Assembly: GCA_038198705.1 (NCBI GenBank)
Contig: JBBPZN010000023.1
Coordinates: forward strand, 4,269 to 68,268
DNA from: Mycobacteriales bacterium
GTDB taxonomy: Bacteria; Actinomycetota; Actinomycetes; Mycobacteriales; Mycobacteriaceae
DNA: 64,000 bases
Direction of reading: 5' to 3'
Position 1 is the stretch's first letter; the number at the start of each line of letters is the position of its first letter. The position numbers and the translations under genes were made by a program. The notes under the pieces were generated by a model. The model was not told where the DNA came from, ran no database searches, and worked only from the letters and a program-made list of their open reading frames with translations. Of the stretch, positions 1-11,327 are shown in pieces.

Positions 1-49
1 GACTGCTGCGAGGATGACACCCCTTCATCTTCGCATTGCAACTGCGCGA

Positions 50-64
50 TCTCACATAATGGGA
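50..64. promoter_or_regulatory. Candidate IclR (LtbR/NdgR-type) operator TCTCA-CATAA-TGGGA upstream of the ilvB promoter
   Basis: 15-bp imperfect palindrome; similar sites at 7930, 14903 and 32894. Confidence 0.55.
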
Positions 65-80
65 TTGCGTCGTGACGAGT

Positions 81-110
81 TTGACTCTTCCCTATGCGCG
101 CGCCTACCGT
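81..110 (+). promoter_or_regulatory. Housekeeping-sigma promoter of the ilvBNC leader
   Basis: TTGACT (81-86), 18-nt spacer, TACCGT (105-110), 7 nt before GTG at 118. Confidence 0.65.
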
Positions 111-117
111 CGAGCAC

Positions 118-165
118 GTGAAGCGGAATTGGATACTCGTAATCGGCCGGCGCGTCAACGCCTGA
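118..165 (+). CDS. ilvB leader peptide [15 protein letters not shown]
   Basis: Ile-Leu-Val-Ile control codons then GRRVNA, resembling actinobacterial ilvB leader peptides; not in the ORF track. Confidence 0.8.
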   Translation: MKRNWILVIGRRVNA

Positions 166-229
166 GCCGGTTGTTCAAACTCGCATCGACGCGCCACCCT
201 CGTACAGCTACTGCTGACGGGGGTTTTTT
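149..229 (+). promoter_or_regulatory. ilvB transcription attenuator
   Basis: GGCGCGTC (149-156) is complementary to GACGCGCC (188-195); terminator hairpin about 196-223 followed by a T run. Confidence 0.8.
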
Positions 230-275
230 CTTGCCCAGAGATCGCCCAGAACTCGAAAATCCTGAGGAAGCAGCA

Positions 276-2225
276 GTGAGCGCACCAACCGCACGCCCAG
301 GGCCCACGACTCGTAAGTCGGGCACAGTCAACAGCTCGTCGACGTCCGAAACGCCGACGGTCGAATCCATCGACGGATCGCGTCGTCATGTCGCGCCCGA
401 GAAGGTGACCGGCGCACAGTCCGTCGTTCGAGCGCTCGAAGAACTCGACGTCGACACTGTCTTCGGCATTCCCGGAGGGGCGGTACTTCCCGTTTACGAC
501 CCGCTCTTCGATTCGAAGAAGGTTCGACATGTCCTGGTTCGCCATGAGCAAGGCGCCGGACATGCTGCGACCGGTTATGCGCAAGCCACCGGCCGTGTCG
601 GTGTGTGCATGGCGACGTCCGGTCCCGGAGCGACCAACCTTGTCACTCCGCTCGCCGACGCTCAGATGGACTCGGTTCCGATCGTCGCGATCACCGGTCA
701 GGTCGCTCGGTCTCTCATCGGTACCGACGGTTTCCAAGAAGCCGACATCTCGGGCATCACGATGCCGGTGACCAAGCACAACTTCTTGATCACCGACGGA
801 GCCGACATCCCGCGCATCATGGCCGAGGCGTTCTACCTCGCTGCCTCAGGGCGTCCCGGTGCTGTGCTCGTCGATATCCCGAAAGATGTGCTTCAGGCGC
901 AGACCACTTTCTCGTGGCCGCCGGAGATGCGTTTGCCCGGCTACCGGCCGGTCAGCAAGCCGCACGGAAAGCAGGTTCGCGAGGCGGCACGGTACATCGC
1001 CGATGCCGAGCAGCCGGTCCTCTACGTCGGCGGCGGCGTCATCAAGTCCAACAGCTCCGCCGAACTGCTCGAACTCGCCGAGCTGACCGGGATCCCCGTC
1101 GTCACGACGCTCATGGCCAGGGGAGCGTTCCCGGACAGTCATCAGCTCAATCTCGGCATGCCCGGAATGCACGGGACAGTCGCTGCCGTCGCTGCGCTGC
1201 AGCGCAGCGATCTGCTCATCACACTCGGCGCGCGCTTCGACGACCGCGTCACCGGGCAGCTGTCCACGTTCGCCACCCACGCCAAGGTCATCCACGCCGA
1301 CATCGATCCGGCCGAGATCGGTAAGAACCGCTACGCGGACGTCCCGATCGTGGGTGACTGCAAAGAGGTCATCACCGAACTCATCGAGGCCATCCGCGCG
1401 GACCGAGCCACCGGAACGACGCTCGATCTCACCGACTGGTGGGTCTATCTCGATGACATCCGCGACACCTACCCGTTGAGCTACGACCGTCCGAGCGACG
1501 GTGCGATGTCGCCGGAGTTCGTGATCTCCTCGGTCGGTAAAATCGCCGGACCGGATGCGATCTACTGCGCAGGAGTCGGCCAGCATCAGATGTGGGCCGC
1601 CCAGTTCATCAAGTACGAGAAGCCGCGCACGTGGCTGAACTCGGGTGGACTCGGAACCATGGGTTACGCGGTGCCCGCCGCGATGGGCGCCAAGATGGGA
1701 TTGCCCGATGCCGAGGTGTGGGCGATCGACGGCGACGGCTGCTTCCAGATGACAAATCAGGAGCTTGCTACTTGCGCAGTCGAAGGTATCCCCATCAAGG
1801 TTGCTGTGATCAATAACGGCAACCTGGGCATGGTGCGCCAGTGGCAGACCTTGTTCTATGAAGAGCGGTACTCCAACACGAACCTGGGTACGCACGGCGC
1901 CAAGCGCATCCCGGACTTCGTCATGCTTGCCGAAGCGCTCGGGTGTGTCGGACTGCGGTGCGAGCGAGAAGAGGATGTCGAGGCCGTCATCGCACAGGCT
2001 CGCGCGATCAACGACCGTCCGGTTGTCATCGACTTCATCGTCGGTGCCGACGCGCAGGTGTGGCCGATGGTCGCAGCAGGCACCGGAAACGACGAGATCA
2101 TGGCTGCCCGTGGAATCCGCCCACTGTTCGACGATGACGAGGCTGCGGGCGCCGAGCCTGCCGTGATCGAAGAAGCTATGGCACGCGAGCAGGCACACGG
2201 CGAAGCGAAAGGCACCGACAAGTGA
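276..2225 (+). CDS. ilvB: Acetolactate synthase large subunit
   Basis: FGIPGG, RHEQGA and GDGCFQM...NN TPP motifs; start moved to GTG 276 after GAGGAAG because the ORF extension from 72 runs through the attenuator. Confidence 0.97.
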   Translation: MSAPTARPGPTTRKSGTVNSSSTSETPTVESIDGSRRHVAPEKVTGAQSVVRALEELDVDTVFGIPGGAVLPVYDPLFDSKKVRHVLVRHEQGAGHAATGYAQATGRVGVCMATSGPGATNLVTPLADAQMDSVPIVAITGQVARSLIGTDGFQEADISGITMPVTKHNFLITDGADIPRIMAEAFYLAASGRPGAVLVDIPKDVLQAQTTFSWPPEMRLPGYRPVSKPHGKQVREAARYIADAEQPVLYVGGGVIKSNSSAELLELAELTGIPVVTTLMARGAFPDSHQLNLGMPGMHGTVAAVAALQRSDLLITLGARFDDRVTGQLSTFATHAKVIHADIDPAEIGKNRYADVPIVGDCKEVITELIEAIRADRATGTTLDLTDWWVYLDDIRDTYPLSYDRPSDGAMSPEFVISSVGKIAGPDAIYCAGVGQHQMWAAQFIKYEKPRTWLNSGGLGTMGYAVPAAMGAKMGLPDAEVWAIDGDGCFQMTNQELATCAVEGIPIKVAVINNGNLGMVRQWQTLFYEERYSNTNLGTHGAKRIPDFVMLAEALGCVGLRCEREEDVEAVIAQARAINDRPVVIDFIVGADAQVWPMVAAGTGNDEIMAARGIRPLFDDDEAAGAEPAVIEEAMAREQAHGEAKGTDK

Positions 2226-2725
2226 GCACGAGCCACACCCTCAGCGTTCTCGTCGAGGACAAGCCAGGCGTCCTCGCCCGAGTTGCGGCATTGTTCTCGC
2301 GACGCGGATTCAACATCTCCTCGCTCGCCGTGGGTGGGACGGAGATCCCCGAGATCTCGCGGATGACGATCGTGGTCACTGTCGACGAGTTCCCGCTGGA
2401 ACAGGTGACCAAGCAGCTGAACAAGCTCATCAACGTCATCAAGATCGTCGAGCAGGACGACGATTCTTCGGTGGCCCGCGAACTCGTCTTGATCAAGGTG
2501 CGCGCCGACTCCAGCGTGCGTAGCGAGGTCATCGAGACGGTGAACCTGTTCCGCGCGAAGGTTATCGACGTCTCGCCCGAGGCGGTCACGGTCGAAGCGA
2601 CGGGGACGAGGTCGAAGCTCGATGCGTTGCTCAAGATGTTGGACCCCTATGGAATTCGAGAAATAGTCCAGTCGGGAGTCGTTGCCGTCGGACGTGGACC
2701 GAAATCGATCACCGCGTCGCGCTAG
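2222..2725 (+). CDS. ilvN: Acetolactate synthase small (ACT) subunit
   Basis: [23 protein letters not shown]; GTGA overlap with ilvB. Confidence 0.97.
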   Translation: MSTSHTLSVLVEDKPGVLARVAALFSRRGFNISSLAVGGTEIPEISRMTIVVTVDEFPLEQVTKQLNKLINVIKIVEQDDDSSVARELVLIKVRADSSVRSEVIETVNLFRAKVIDVSPEAVTVEATGTRSKLDALLKMLDPYGIREIVQSGVVAVGRGPKSITASR

Positions 2726-2772
2726 CGACCGCAGTGACGAACCAGCGTAAAACCCAAGAGGAAAGGTAGTAA

Positions 2773-3789
<1,017 letters not shown>

Positions 3790-3827
3790 TCGCAGCCGAA
3801 TTCGTTCGGTAGTAACTGCTCGAGGAG

Positions 3828-3868
3828 AGGGGCGCTCCACGTACTGACCAGTGCGTGAGGGCGCCCTT
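3828..3868 (+). terminator. Hairpin after ilvC
   Basis: GGGGCGC..CACGTACTG pairs imperfectly with AGTGCGTG..GGCGCCC; weak T tail. Confidence 0.55.
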
Positions 3869-3989
3869 CGTCCCGGGTCGTGAGGGCGACACCGATGCGC
3901 CCCACCTCGGCATCTAAACTTGTGCCGCACCACGCCATTCTTCATTCCGATCGACAGCATCATTTCCGATGACATAGGGAGTTCTTCAC

Positions 3990-5585
3990 GTGAGTCAGCC
4001 AGGCCGTCCTGTTGTTCTGATCGCCGATAAACTTGCGCAGTCCACAGTCGAGGCACTCGGCGACGGCGTAGAGGTCCGTTGGGTCGACGGCCCGGATCGC
4101 CCCGCACTTCTCGCGGCAGTCCCCGAAGCCGATGCCATCCTCGTCCGATCCGCCACCACGGTCGACGCCGAGGTTCTCGCCGCCGGCACGAAACTCAAGA
4201 TCGTCGCTCGCGCGGGCGTCGGCCTCGACAACGTCGACGTGCCTGCCGCCACCGAGCGTGGCGTCCTCGTGGTCAATGCCCCGACGTCGAATATCCACAC
4301 TGCTGCCGAGCACGCTGTGACGCTGTTGCTGTCCGCTGCTCGCCAGATCCCCGCTGCCGACGCCACTCTGCGTCAGCACGAGTGGAAGCGCAGCAAGTTC
4401 AATGGTGTCGAAATCTTCGGCAAGACAGTCGGAGTCGTCGGACTCGGCCGTATCGGCCAGCTGTTCGCTCAGCGTATGGCTGCCTTCGAGACACATGTCA
4501 TCGCGTACGACCCCTACGTCTCCGCTGCTCGCGCTGCCCAGCTCGGAATCGAACTCGTCAGCCTCGACGAATTGCTGACTCGCGCCGACATGTTCTCCGT
4601 ACACCTTCCGAAGACACCCGAGACCAAGGGGATCATCGGCAAGGAAGCCCTCGCGAAGACCAAGCCGGGTGTCATCGTCGTCAACGCCGCCCGCGGCAGT
4701 CTCGTCGACGAGCAGGCGCTCGCCGACGCCATTACCAGCGGCCATGTGTTCGCTGCCGGAATCGACGTCTATGCCTCCGAGCCGTGCACCGACAGCCCGC
4801 TGTTCGAGCTGCCGCAGGCCGTCGTCACCCCCCACCTCGGAGCATCGACCACCGAAGCTCAGGACCGTGCGGGCACCGACGTAGCGAAGTCTGTATTGCT
4901 TGCTCTCGCAGGTGAATTCGTTCCCGACGCAGTCAATGTCAAGGGTGGCGCTGTCGGCGAAGAGGTGTCGCCATGGCTCGAGATCGTCCGCAAGCAGGGC
5001 GTACTTCTCGGCGCACTCTCCGAAGAACTGCCTTCCTCGTTGTCGGTCGATGTGCGCGGCGAGCTCGCTGCCGAAGATGTCGAGATCCTCAAGCTGTCGG
5101 CACTGCGCGGCCTGTTCTCCGCTGTCATCGAGGACTCGGTCACCTTCGTCAATGCACCGTCACTCGCCGAGGAGCGCGGGGTCACCGCCGAGGTCACCAA
5201 GGCACCCGAGAGTGAGAACCATCGCAGCGTCGTCGACATTCGCGCCGTATACGGCGACGGAACCGTCCTCAACGTCGCAGGCACACTCACCGGCACCAAA
5301 CAGGTCGAGAAGATCGTCAACATCAACGGCCGCAACTTCGACCTCCGGGCCGAGGGCAAGAACCTGATCGTCAACTACGCAGATCAGCCCGGCAGCCTCG
5401 GCCGCATCGGCACACTGCTCGGTGACGCCGGAATCGACATCCAGGCCGCAGCGCTCAGCCAGGACACCGAGGGTGAAGGCGCCACGATCCTGCTCCGCGT
5501 CGACAAGGACGTGCCGTCGGAACTGTGCGCAAGCATCGCCTCCGCGGTCGGCGCATCGACGATCGAACTCGTCGACCTGTCCTGA
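3990..5585 (+). CDS. serA: D-3-phosphoglycerate dehydrogenase
   Basis: [25 protein letters not shown]-terminal ACT domain. Confidence 0.97.
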   Translation: MSQPGRPVVLIADKLAQSTVEALGDGVEVRWVDGPDRPALLAAVPEADAILVRSATTVDAEVLAAGTKLKIVARAGVGLDNVDVPAATERGVLVVNAPTSNIHTAAEHAVTLLLSAARQIPAADATLRQHEWKRSKFNGVEIFGKTVGVVGLGRIGQLFAQRMAAFETHVIAYDPYVSAARAAQLGIELVSLDELLTRADMFSVHLPKTPETKGIIGKEALAKTKPGVIVVNAARGSLVDEQALADAITSGHVFAAGIDVYASEPCTDSPLFELPQAVVTPHLGASTTEAQDRAGTDVAKSVLLALAGEFVPDAVNVKGGAVGEEVSPWLEIVRKQGVLLGALSEELPSSLSVDVRGELAAEDVEILKLSALRGLFSAVIEDSVTFVNAPSLAEERGVTAEVTKAPESENHRSVVDIRAVYGDGTVLNVAGTLTGTKQVEKIVNINGRNFDLRAEGKNLIVNYADQPGSLGRIGTLLGDAGIDIQAAALSQDTEGEGATILLRVDKDVPSELCASIASAVGASTIELVDLS

Positions 5586-5628
5586 GCACCGTCTCATCCC
5601 GAACGCATTACACAGAACGAGGAGTTCA

Positions 5629-6639
5629 ATGAAGCTCGCCGTCATCGCTGGAGATGGAATCGGCCCGGAGGTCGTCGAACAGGCATTGAAGGTGCTGGAC
5701 ATCGTAGTGCCCGGCGTCGAGAAGACCGAATACGACCTCGGTGCCCGCCGCTACAACGCGACCGGCGAGCTTCTTCCCGGTTCGGTCCTGGAAGAGATTC
5801 GCGGACACGACGCGATTCTCTTGGGTGCCATCGGCGACCCATCGGTACCCAGCGGCATTCTCGAACGCGGCCTGTTGCTCAATGCACGCTTCGCGCTCGA
5901 TCATCACGTCAATATTCGTCCGGCGAAGTTGTACCCCGGGGTGACCGGACCGCTCGCAGGTAACAAGGAAATGGACGTGCTCGTCGTACGTGAGGGAACC
6001 GAAGGTCCGTACACCGGCAACGGTGGAGCACTGCGGGTGAACACCCCGCACGAGGTTGCGACCGAGGTGAGCGTCAATACTCGCTTCGGTGTCGAGCGTG
6101 TCGTTCGCGACGCGTTCGCTCGCGCGCTCGGCCGGCGCAAGCACCTCACGCTGCTTCACAAGACCAACGTGCTCGCGTTCGCCGGCAGTCTCTGGGCACG
6201 AACGGTGGAAGAAGTCTCGAAGGAATTCGCTGACGTCGAGGTCGCCTACCAGCACATCGATGCCGCGATGATTCATCTCGTCACCGACCCGGGCCGGTTC
6301 GACGTCATCGTCACCGACAATCTTTTCGGTGACATCGTCACTGACCTCTCCGCTGCCGTCAGCGGCGGTATCGGCCTCGCAGCCAGCGGAAACATCGATG
6401 CGACGGGCACCAACCCGTCGATGTTCGAGCCGGTCCACGGAAGTGCCCCGGATATCGCAGGGCAAGGGATAGCGGATCCGACGGCAGCAATTCTGTCGGT
6501 GTCGCTACTTTTGGCGCACCTCGGCGACTCCGTCAACGCAGCACGCGTCGAAGCTGCAGTTGCTGCAGACCTCGCTTCCCGGGGATCCGCAGCGGCGACC
6601 ACCACCGAAATCGGCGACCGGATCGCTGCCAAGTTGTAG
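5629..6639 (+). CDS. leuB: 3-isopropylmalate dehydrogenase
   Basis: [33 protein letters not shown]; SD GAGGAG before ATG 5629. Confidence 0.96.
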   Translation: MKLAVIAGDGIGPEVVEQALKVLDIVVPGVEKTEYDLGARRYNATGELLPGSVLEEIRGHDAILLGAIGDPSVPSGILERGLLLNARFALDHHVNIRPAKLYPGVTGPLAGNKEMDVLVVREGTEGPYTGNGGALRVNTPHEVATEVSVNTRFGVERVVRDAFARALGRRKHLTLLHKTNVLAFAGSLWARTVEEVSKEFADVEVAYQHIDAAMIHLVTDPGRFDVIVTDNLFGDIVTDLSAAVSGGIGLAASGNIDATGTNPSMFEPVHGSAPDIAGQGIADPTAAILSVSLLLAHLGDSVNAARVEAAVAADLASRGSAAATTTEIGDRIAAKL

Positions 6640-6657
6640 ATTTGTAGCTGTCGCGCC

Positions 6658-6710
6658 GGATGCCTCTCACGTGCACCTTCTGGGTGCGGTGAGAGGCATT
6701 CGTTCGTTTT
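6658..6710. terminator. Hairpin between convergent leuB and MFS genes
   Basis: GATGCCTCTCAC...GTGAGAGGCATT stem with a T-rich tail. Confidence 0.7.
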
Positions 6711-6717
6711 CGGTCCT

Positions 6718-7914
6718 TTACTCGTTGCTCTCGTGATCGTCGGGGATGACGGGGACGGACAGGGCAGGGAAGACGGCCGACACCAGGAATGCCAGCGGAA
6801 AGCTCACTGCGGCGAGGGCGCCGAAGGCCGGCGGTACGAGTGACGCCGCGATGTACTGCCCGGTGTTCTGGACGCCGAGGGCGCGCCCGCTCCAATAGGA
6901 TCCCGAGAACTCGGCAACGGCAGTGAATGCCAACCCGTTGGGTGCGACGGTGACGATCGAGGCCACGACCAACAGCGCGATGGAGATGGGGGAGTCCAGC
7001 CAGTCGGTGACTGCGAGGGCGAGCATGCTCACGGTCGTCGCGAGTGCGACCCATCGCAACGGACGCATTCGGCTTCCGACACGGTCCGATAGTGCGCCGA
7101 CTCCCATTCGACCGAACGCTCCAAGGATTTGGGTGACGGTCACCAAGATGCCTGCCGAGGCTGCCGACCACTCGCGATCGGTCATGAGCCAGACGAGCGC
7201 ATAGGTCCACACGACGTACTGAGGCACCACGAGCAGGATCGAGGTGGAATGAATCCGCCAGAGTTGAGAACTGGCCCGGTACGGGTTGGCAAGCAGTCCC
7301 TGTTCGGCGGCATCGGCTCGCGTCGGGCGTGGGGGATCGACGACGGCCAGGCACAGCACGGCTCCCAGCGTGCAGATGATTGCGGGGACCAGCAGGGCAG
7401 CGGAGACCCCGTGGTCTCGCGCGATGGGTGGTATCGACAGTGCGGCGATCGCGACGCCCAGTGGTACCGACATCTGGCGGATACCCATGGCGAGGCCGCG
7501 TCGCTGGGGCGGGAACCATCCCACGACGACGCGTCCAGACGCACTGTTTGCGCTGGCTGCCGCCATTCCACCGATCAGCAGGCACAAGCCGAGCATTTCG
7601 AACGAGGTGGTGAAATACGCTGCGAAGCTGGCAGCCGCAGTCAGGCCTAGCCCGAGAGCGAGTACGAGGCGTTCACCGATGCGGTCGACGAGCATGCCCC
7701 ACGCGATCAGCGTGAGCATGATCCCCACCGTCGGCATCGCGACGAGCAGTCCAGCACTGGGCAGGCTCAACCCACGGTCCTCGTGCAGAGCCGGAATGAG
7801 AAAAGCAGCTCCGTTGATGAACACCGCGCCTGAAGTCTGCGCGAGCATTCCGAGCGCGAGCATGAACCACTTTCGGGCGCTGTCGGTGTCGAGCGCGCGA
7901 TCTGTTGCAGTCAT
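6718..7914 (-). CDS. MFS transporter
   Basis: About 12 hydrophobic segments; motif A-like GMLVDRIGER and GALSDRVGSR; start set at MTATDR. Confidence 0.9.
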   Translation of the reverse strand: MTATDRALDTDSARKWFMLALGMLAQTSGAVFINGAAFLIPALHEDRGLSLPSAGLLVAMPTVGIMLTLIAWGMLVDRIGERLVLALGLGLTAAASFAAYFTTSFEMLGLCLLIGGMAAASANSASGRVVVGWFPPQRRGLAMGIRQMSVPLGVAIAALSIPPIARDHGVSAALLVPAIICTLGAVLCLAVVDPPRPTRADAAEQGLLANPYRASSQLWRIHSTSILLVVPQYVVWTYALVWLMTDREWSAASAGILVTVTQILGAFGRMGVGALSDRVGSRMRPLRWVALATTVSMLALAVTDWLDSPISIALLVVASIVTVAPNGLAFTAVAEFSGSYWSGRALGVQNTGQYIAASLVPPAFGALAAVSFPLAFLVSAVFPALSVPVIPDDHESNE

Positions 7915-7929
7915 GGCCTCATCCCAGAT

Positions 7930-7944
7930 TCCCACTATATGAAC
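7930..7944. promoter_or_regulatory. Candidate IclR operator overlapping the MFS -10 element
   Basis: TCCCA-CTATA-TGAAC; contains minus-strand TATAGT (7934-7939). Confidence 0.45.
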
Positions 7945-8035
7945 TTCAGATCTTGGTATCTGAAATCCAGGTGCGACGTTACACCCGGACCGCACGCTGC
8001 ATCGGACGGCATGGACGCCGCGATAGACTTTCGAC

Positions 8036-8809
8036 ATGCGTCTGGGTCGAATTGCAAGTCCTGATGGTGTGGCATTCGTGAGTATCGAGGGAGAGGGTGA
8101 TGAACGCACCGCCAAGGAGATTGCCGAACATCCCTTCGGTACGCCGACTTTCACGGGCCGGTCGTGGCCATTGGCCGACGTTCGTCTGCTCGCGCCGATC
8201 CTCGCCAGCAAAGTCATAGCGATCGGAAAGAACTACGCTGCACATGTAGCCGAGATGGGCGGGGAGGCTCCCAAGGATCCCGTTATCTTCATCAAGCCGA
8301 ACACCTCGATCGTCGGGCCGGGAGCGCCGATCATGTTGCCGGCTACCTCGAACGAGGTTCACTACGAGGGCGAGCTGGCCATCGTGATCGGGCGTCCGTG
8401 CAAGGACGTGCCTGCGGCCAAAGCTCTCGATGTGATCCTGGGTTATACCGTCGCGAACGACGTATCTGCTCGTGACCATCAACGGCACGACGGTCAATGG
8501 ACCAGGGCCAAGGGTCACGACACGTTCTGCCCGCTCGGGCCTTGGATCGAGACCTCGCTCGACGCCTCCGACCTCGAAATCACGACCGAGGTCGACGGCG
8601 AGGTGAAGCAACGCAGTAGGACGTCGTTGCTGCTGCACGACATCCCTGAGATCATCGAGTGGGTCTCGACCGTCATGACCCTGCTGCCCGGCGACGTGAT
8701 TCTCACCGGTACCCCCGAAGGCGTCGGTCCGATCATTGCGGGCCAGTCGGTGTCGGTCACGGTCGAGGGCATCGGCACGCTGACCAACCCCGTCGCCGCC
8801 AAGAACTGA
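8036..8809 (+). CDS. Fumarylacetoacetate hydrolase family protein
   Basis: IGKNYAAH, HYEGEL, NDVSARD, GDVILTGTPEG; TAGACT 6 nt upstream suggests a leaderless start. Confidence 0.92.
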   Translation: MRLGRIASPDGVAFVSIEGEGDERTAKEIAEHPFGTPTFTGRSWPLADVRLLAPILASKVIAIGKNYAAHVAEMGGEAPKDPVIFIKPNTSIVGPGAPIMLPATSNEVHYEGELAIVIGRPCKDVPAAKALDVILGYTVANDVSARDHQRHDGQWTRAKGHDTFCPLGPWIETSLDASDLEITTEVDGEVKQRSRTSLLLHDIPEIIEWVSTVMTLLPGDVILTGTPEGVGPIIAGQSVSVTVEGIGTLTNPVAAKN

Positions 8810-8845
8810 CGATCCTTTCACCTTCCCCTCGAACGCGAGCGAGCT

Positions 8846-10318
8846 ATGACCTCCAACGAAGTACGAGTCCGATTCTGTCCGTCACCGACCGGCACCCCGC
8901 ACGTGGGCTTGATCCGTACGGCACTGTTCAACTGGGCGTTCGCGCGCCATCATGGTGGTGCCTTCGTCTTCCGCATCGAGGACACCGATGCAGCACGTGA
9001 TTCCGAAGAGTCGTATGCGGCGATCCTCGACGCACTGCGATGGCTCGGGCTCACCTGGGACGAGGGCCCGGAGGTCGGTGGGCCGTACGAACCGTATCGA
9101 CAGTCGCTCCGGCGTGATCAACATCTCGATGTAGTCCGACAGCTGCTCGAAGCGGGGGAGGCGTACCGCTCCTTCTCGACCACCGAGGAGGTCGAGACCC
9201 GCCACAAGGCCGCCGGGCGGGACCCCAAGTTGGGTTATGACAACTTCGATCGGGATCTGACCGACGAGCAGCGACAGAAGTTTCTCGACGAAGGCCGCAG
9301 CCCCGTCGTTCGGTTGCGTATGCCCGATCACGATCTGTCGTGGACGGACCTCGTCCGTGGGGAGACGACGTTCAAAGCCGGCACGGTGCCGGACTTCGCA
9401 CTCACCCGAGGTAACGGGATTCCGTTGTACACGTTGGTGAATCCGGTGGACGACGCGCTGATGAAGATCACGCACGTGCTTCGCGGAGAGGACCTGCTGT
9501 CCTCGACCCCGCGTCAGTTGGCGTTGTACGAGGCGCTCATCCGGATCGGCGTCGCGGACAGCACACCAGAATTCGGCCACCTGCCGTTCGTGATGGGTGA
9601 GGGAAACAAGAAGCTGTCCAAGCGCGATCCCGAATCCAATCTCTTCATCCACCGTGACCGCGGATTCGTGCCCGAGGGACTGCTGAACTATTTGGCGCTT
9701 CTCGGCTGGGGCATCTCCGACGACCATGACGTCTTCTCGCTCGACGAGATGGTGGCGGCGTTCGACATCTCCACCGTGAACTCCAACCCGGCTCGATTCG
9801 ACCAGAAGAAGGCCGATGCCATCAATGCCGAGCACATTCGGCTGCTCGAGCCTGCGGATTTCGCTTCGCGACTGCGTACGTTCCTGACCGAGCAGGGGCA
9901 TCTGCCCGAGCAGGTCGACGAGGAGCAGTTTGCCGTGGCCGCCGATCTCGTGCAGACACGCATCGTGGTGTTGTCGGACGCCTGGGGACTGCTGAAGTTC
10001 CTCTACGTCGCCGACAGCGACTTCGGCATAGACCCAGCGGCAGCGGCGAAGAATCTGACTGCCGATGCCGGACCCGTTCTCGACGCGACGATCACAGCAT
10101 TGACCGAGTTGTCTTCCTGGTGCACAGCCGATCTGGAGGCGACCCTCAAAGTGGCCCTGATCGACGGTTTGGAACTGAAGCCGCGCAAGGCTTTTGCACC
10201 GGTCCGCGTTGCGGTGACCGGATCACACATCTCTCCGCCACTGTACGAGTCGATGGAACTCCTCGGGCGCGAGAAGACGCTCGCGCGACTCGGCGCTGCG
10301 CGCGCCTCCATCGGCTGA
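8846..10318 (+). CDS. gltX: Glutamate--tRNA ligase
   Basis: [24 protein letters not shown]. Confidence 0.98.
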   Translation: MTSNEVRVRFCPSPTGTPHVGLIRTALFNWAFARHHGGAFVFRIEDTDAARDSEESYAAILDALRWLGLTWDEGPEVGGPYEPYRQSLRRDQHLDVVRQLLEAGEAYRSFSTTEEVETRHKAAGRDPKLGYDNFDRDLTDEQRQKFLDEGRSPVVRLRMPDHDLSWTDLVRGETTFKAGTVPDFALTRGNGIPLYTLVNPVDDALMKITHVLRGEDLLSSTPRQLALYEALIRIGVADSTPEFGHLPFVMGEGNKKLSKRDPESNLFIHRDRGFVPEGLLNYLALLGWGISDDHDVFSLDEMVAAFDISTVNSNPARFDQKKADAINAEHIRLLEPADFASRLRTFLTEQGHLPEQVDEEQFAVAADLVQTRIVVLSDAWGLLKFLYVADSDFGIDPAAAAKNLTADAGPVLDATITALTELSSWCTADLEATLKVALIDGLELKPRKAFAPVRVAVTGSHISPPLYESMELLGREKTLARLGAARASIG

Positions 10319-10334
10319 TCGGCGCGGTAACCGG

Positions 10335-11327
10335 GTGCCTATCGCCGCACGAGTGGACCGAGTCCAGCGTCGCCACCCGGTCCTAGGCTTTCCGCTGGCG
10401 GTGATCTACAAGTTCGTGGACGATCAGGGCGGCTATCTCGCTGCTCTGATCGCCTACTACGCGTTTCTGTCGCTCTTTCCGTTGCTGTTGCTCGGATCGA
10501 CGATCCTGGGAATCGTGTTGGCCGGTGATCCGCGGTTGCAGCAACAGATCCTGGATTCAGCACTGAGTCAGATTCCAATCATCGGTGACGAGGTTGGTGA
10601 ACCGGACAAGATCGGCGGCGGAAATCTCGGTCTGATCATCGGTGTCCTGGGTTCGCTCTACGGCGGGCTCGGGGTGGCCGTAGCCGTTCAGAATGCGATG
10701 AATGTTGCGTGGGCAGTACCGAAGAACCTTCGCCCGAACCCGATTCGTTCACGAGTGCGCGGGCTTGCGCTACTCAGCACGGTTGGGGTCGCCGTCCTGG
10801 CCATCACTGCCGTCAACGTTGCCAGTTCTGCCGGTGTCTTCGGAAGCATCAACGGCAGTGTGGTGCTGATTGCGTCCATTCTTCTCAACATCATCGTTTT
10901 CACCGTCGCTTTCCGGCTGGCGACGGCCCGCGACTTGTCGATCTCCAACGTACTTCCGGGGGCGATCGTTGCCGGGGTCCTCTGGCAGATTCTGCAGACG
11001 TTCGGCGGTGTGTACATCAAATATGTCGTCGGCCGAGCGTCGATCACCAACGGGGTATTCGCGGTAGTGATCGGACTTCTGGCGTTCATGTACATCGCTT
11101 CGGTCCTCATCGTCTTCGCCGTCGAGATCGATGTGGTTCGGGTGGAAAAGCTCTACCCCCGTTCACTGCTGACGCCGTTCACCGACGATGTGATCCTCAC
11201 CGAGGGTGACCGTCTCACTTATACCGGGCAAGCCGAAGCACAACGCAGCAAGGGGTTCGAGGAGATCGAGGTAACTTTCGACGGGCATGGATCCGAGGAA
11301 GAATCTCAGCCCTCCGGATCGGCGTAG
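10335..11327 (+). CDS. YihY/virulence factor BrkB family membrane protein
   Basis: AALIAYYAFLSLFPLLL signature; multiple transmembrane segments. Confidence 0.88.
   Translation: MPIAARVDRVQRRHPVLGFPLAVIYKFVDDQGGYLAALIAYYAFLSLFPLLLLGSTILGIVLAGDPRLQQQILDSALSQIPIIGDEVGEPDKIGGGNLGLIIGVLGSLYGGLGVAVAVQNAMNVAWAVPKNLRPNPIRSRVRGLALLSTVGVAVLAITAVNVASSAGVFGSINGSVVLIASILLNIIVFTVAFRLATARDLSISNVLPGAIVAGVLWQILQTFGGVYIKYVVGRASITNGVFAVVIGLLAFMYIASVLIVFAVEIDVVRVEKLYPRSLLTPFTDDVILTEGDRLTYTGQAEAQRSKGFEEIEVTFDGHGSEEESQPSGSA

Noticed and set aside
72-275. 68-aa N-terminal extension of IlvB in the ORF track
   Set aside because: It runs through the promoter, leader peptide and attenuator; an SD precedes GTG276
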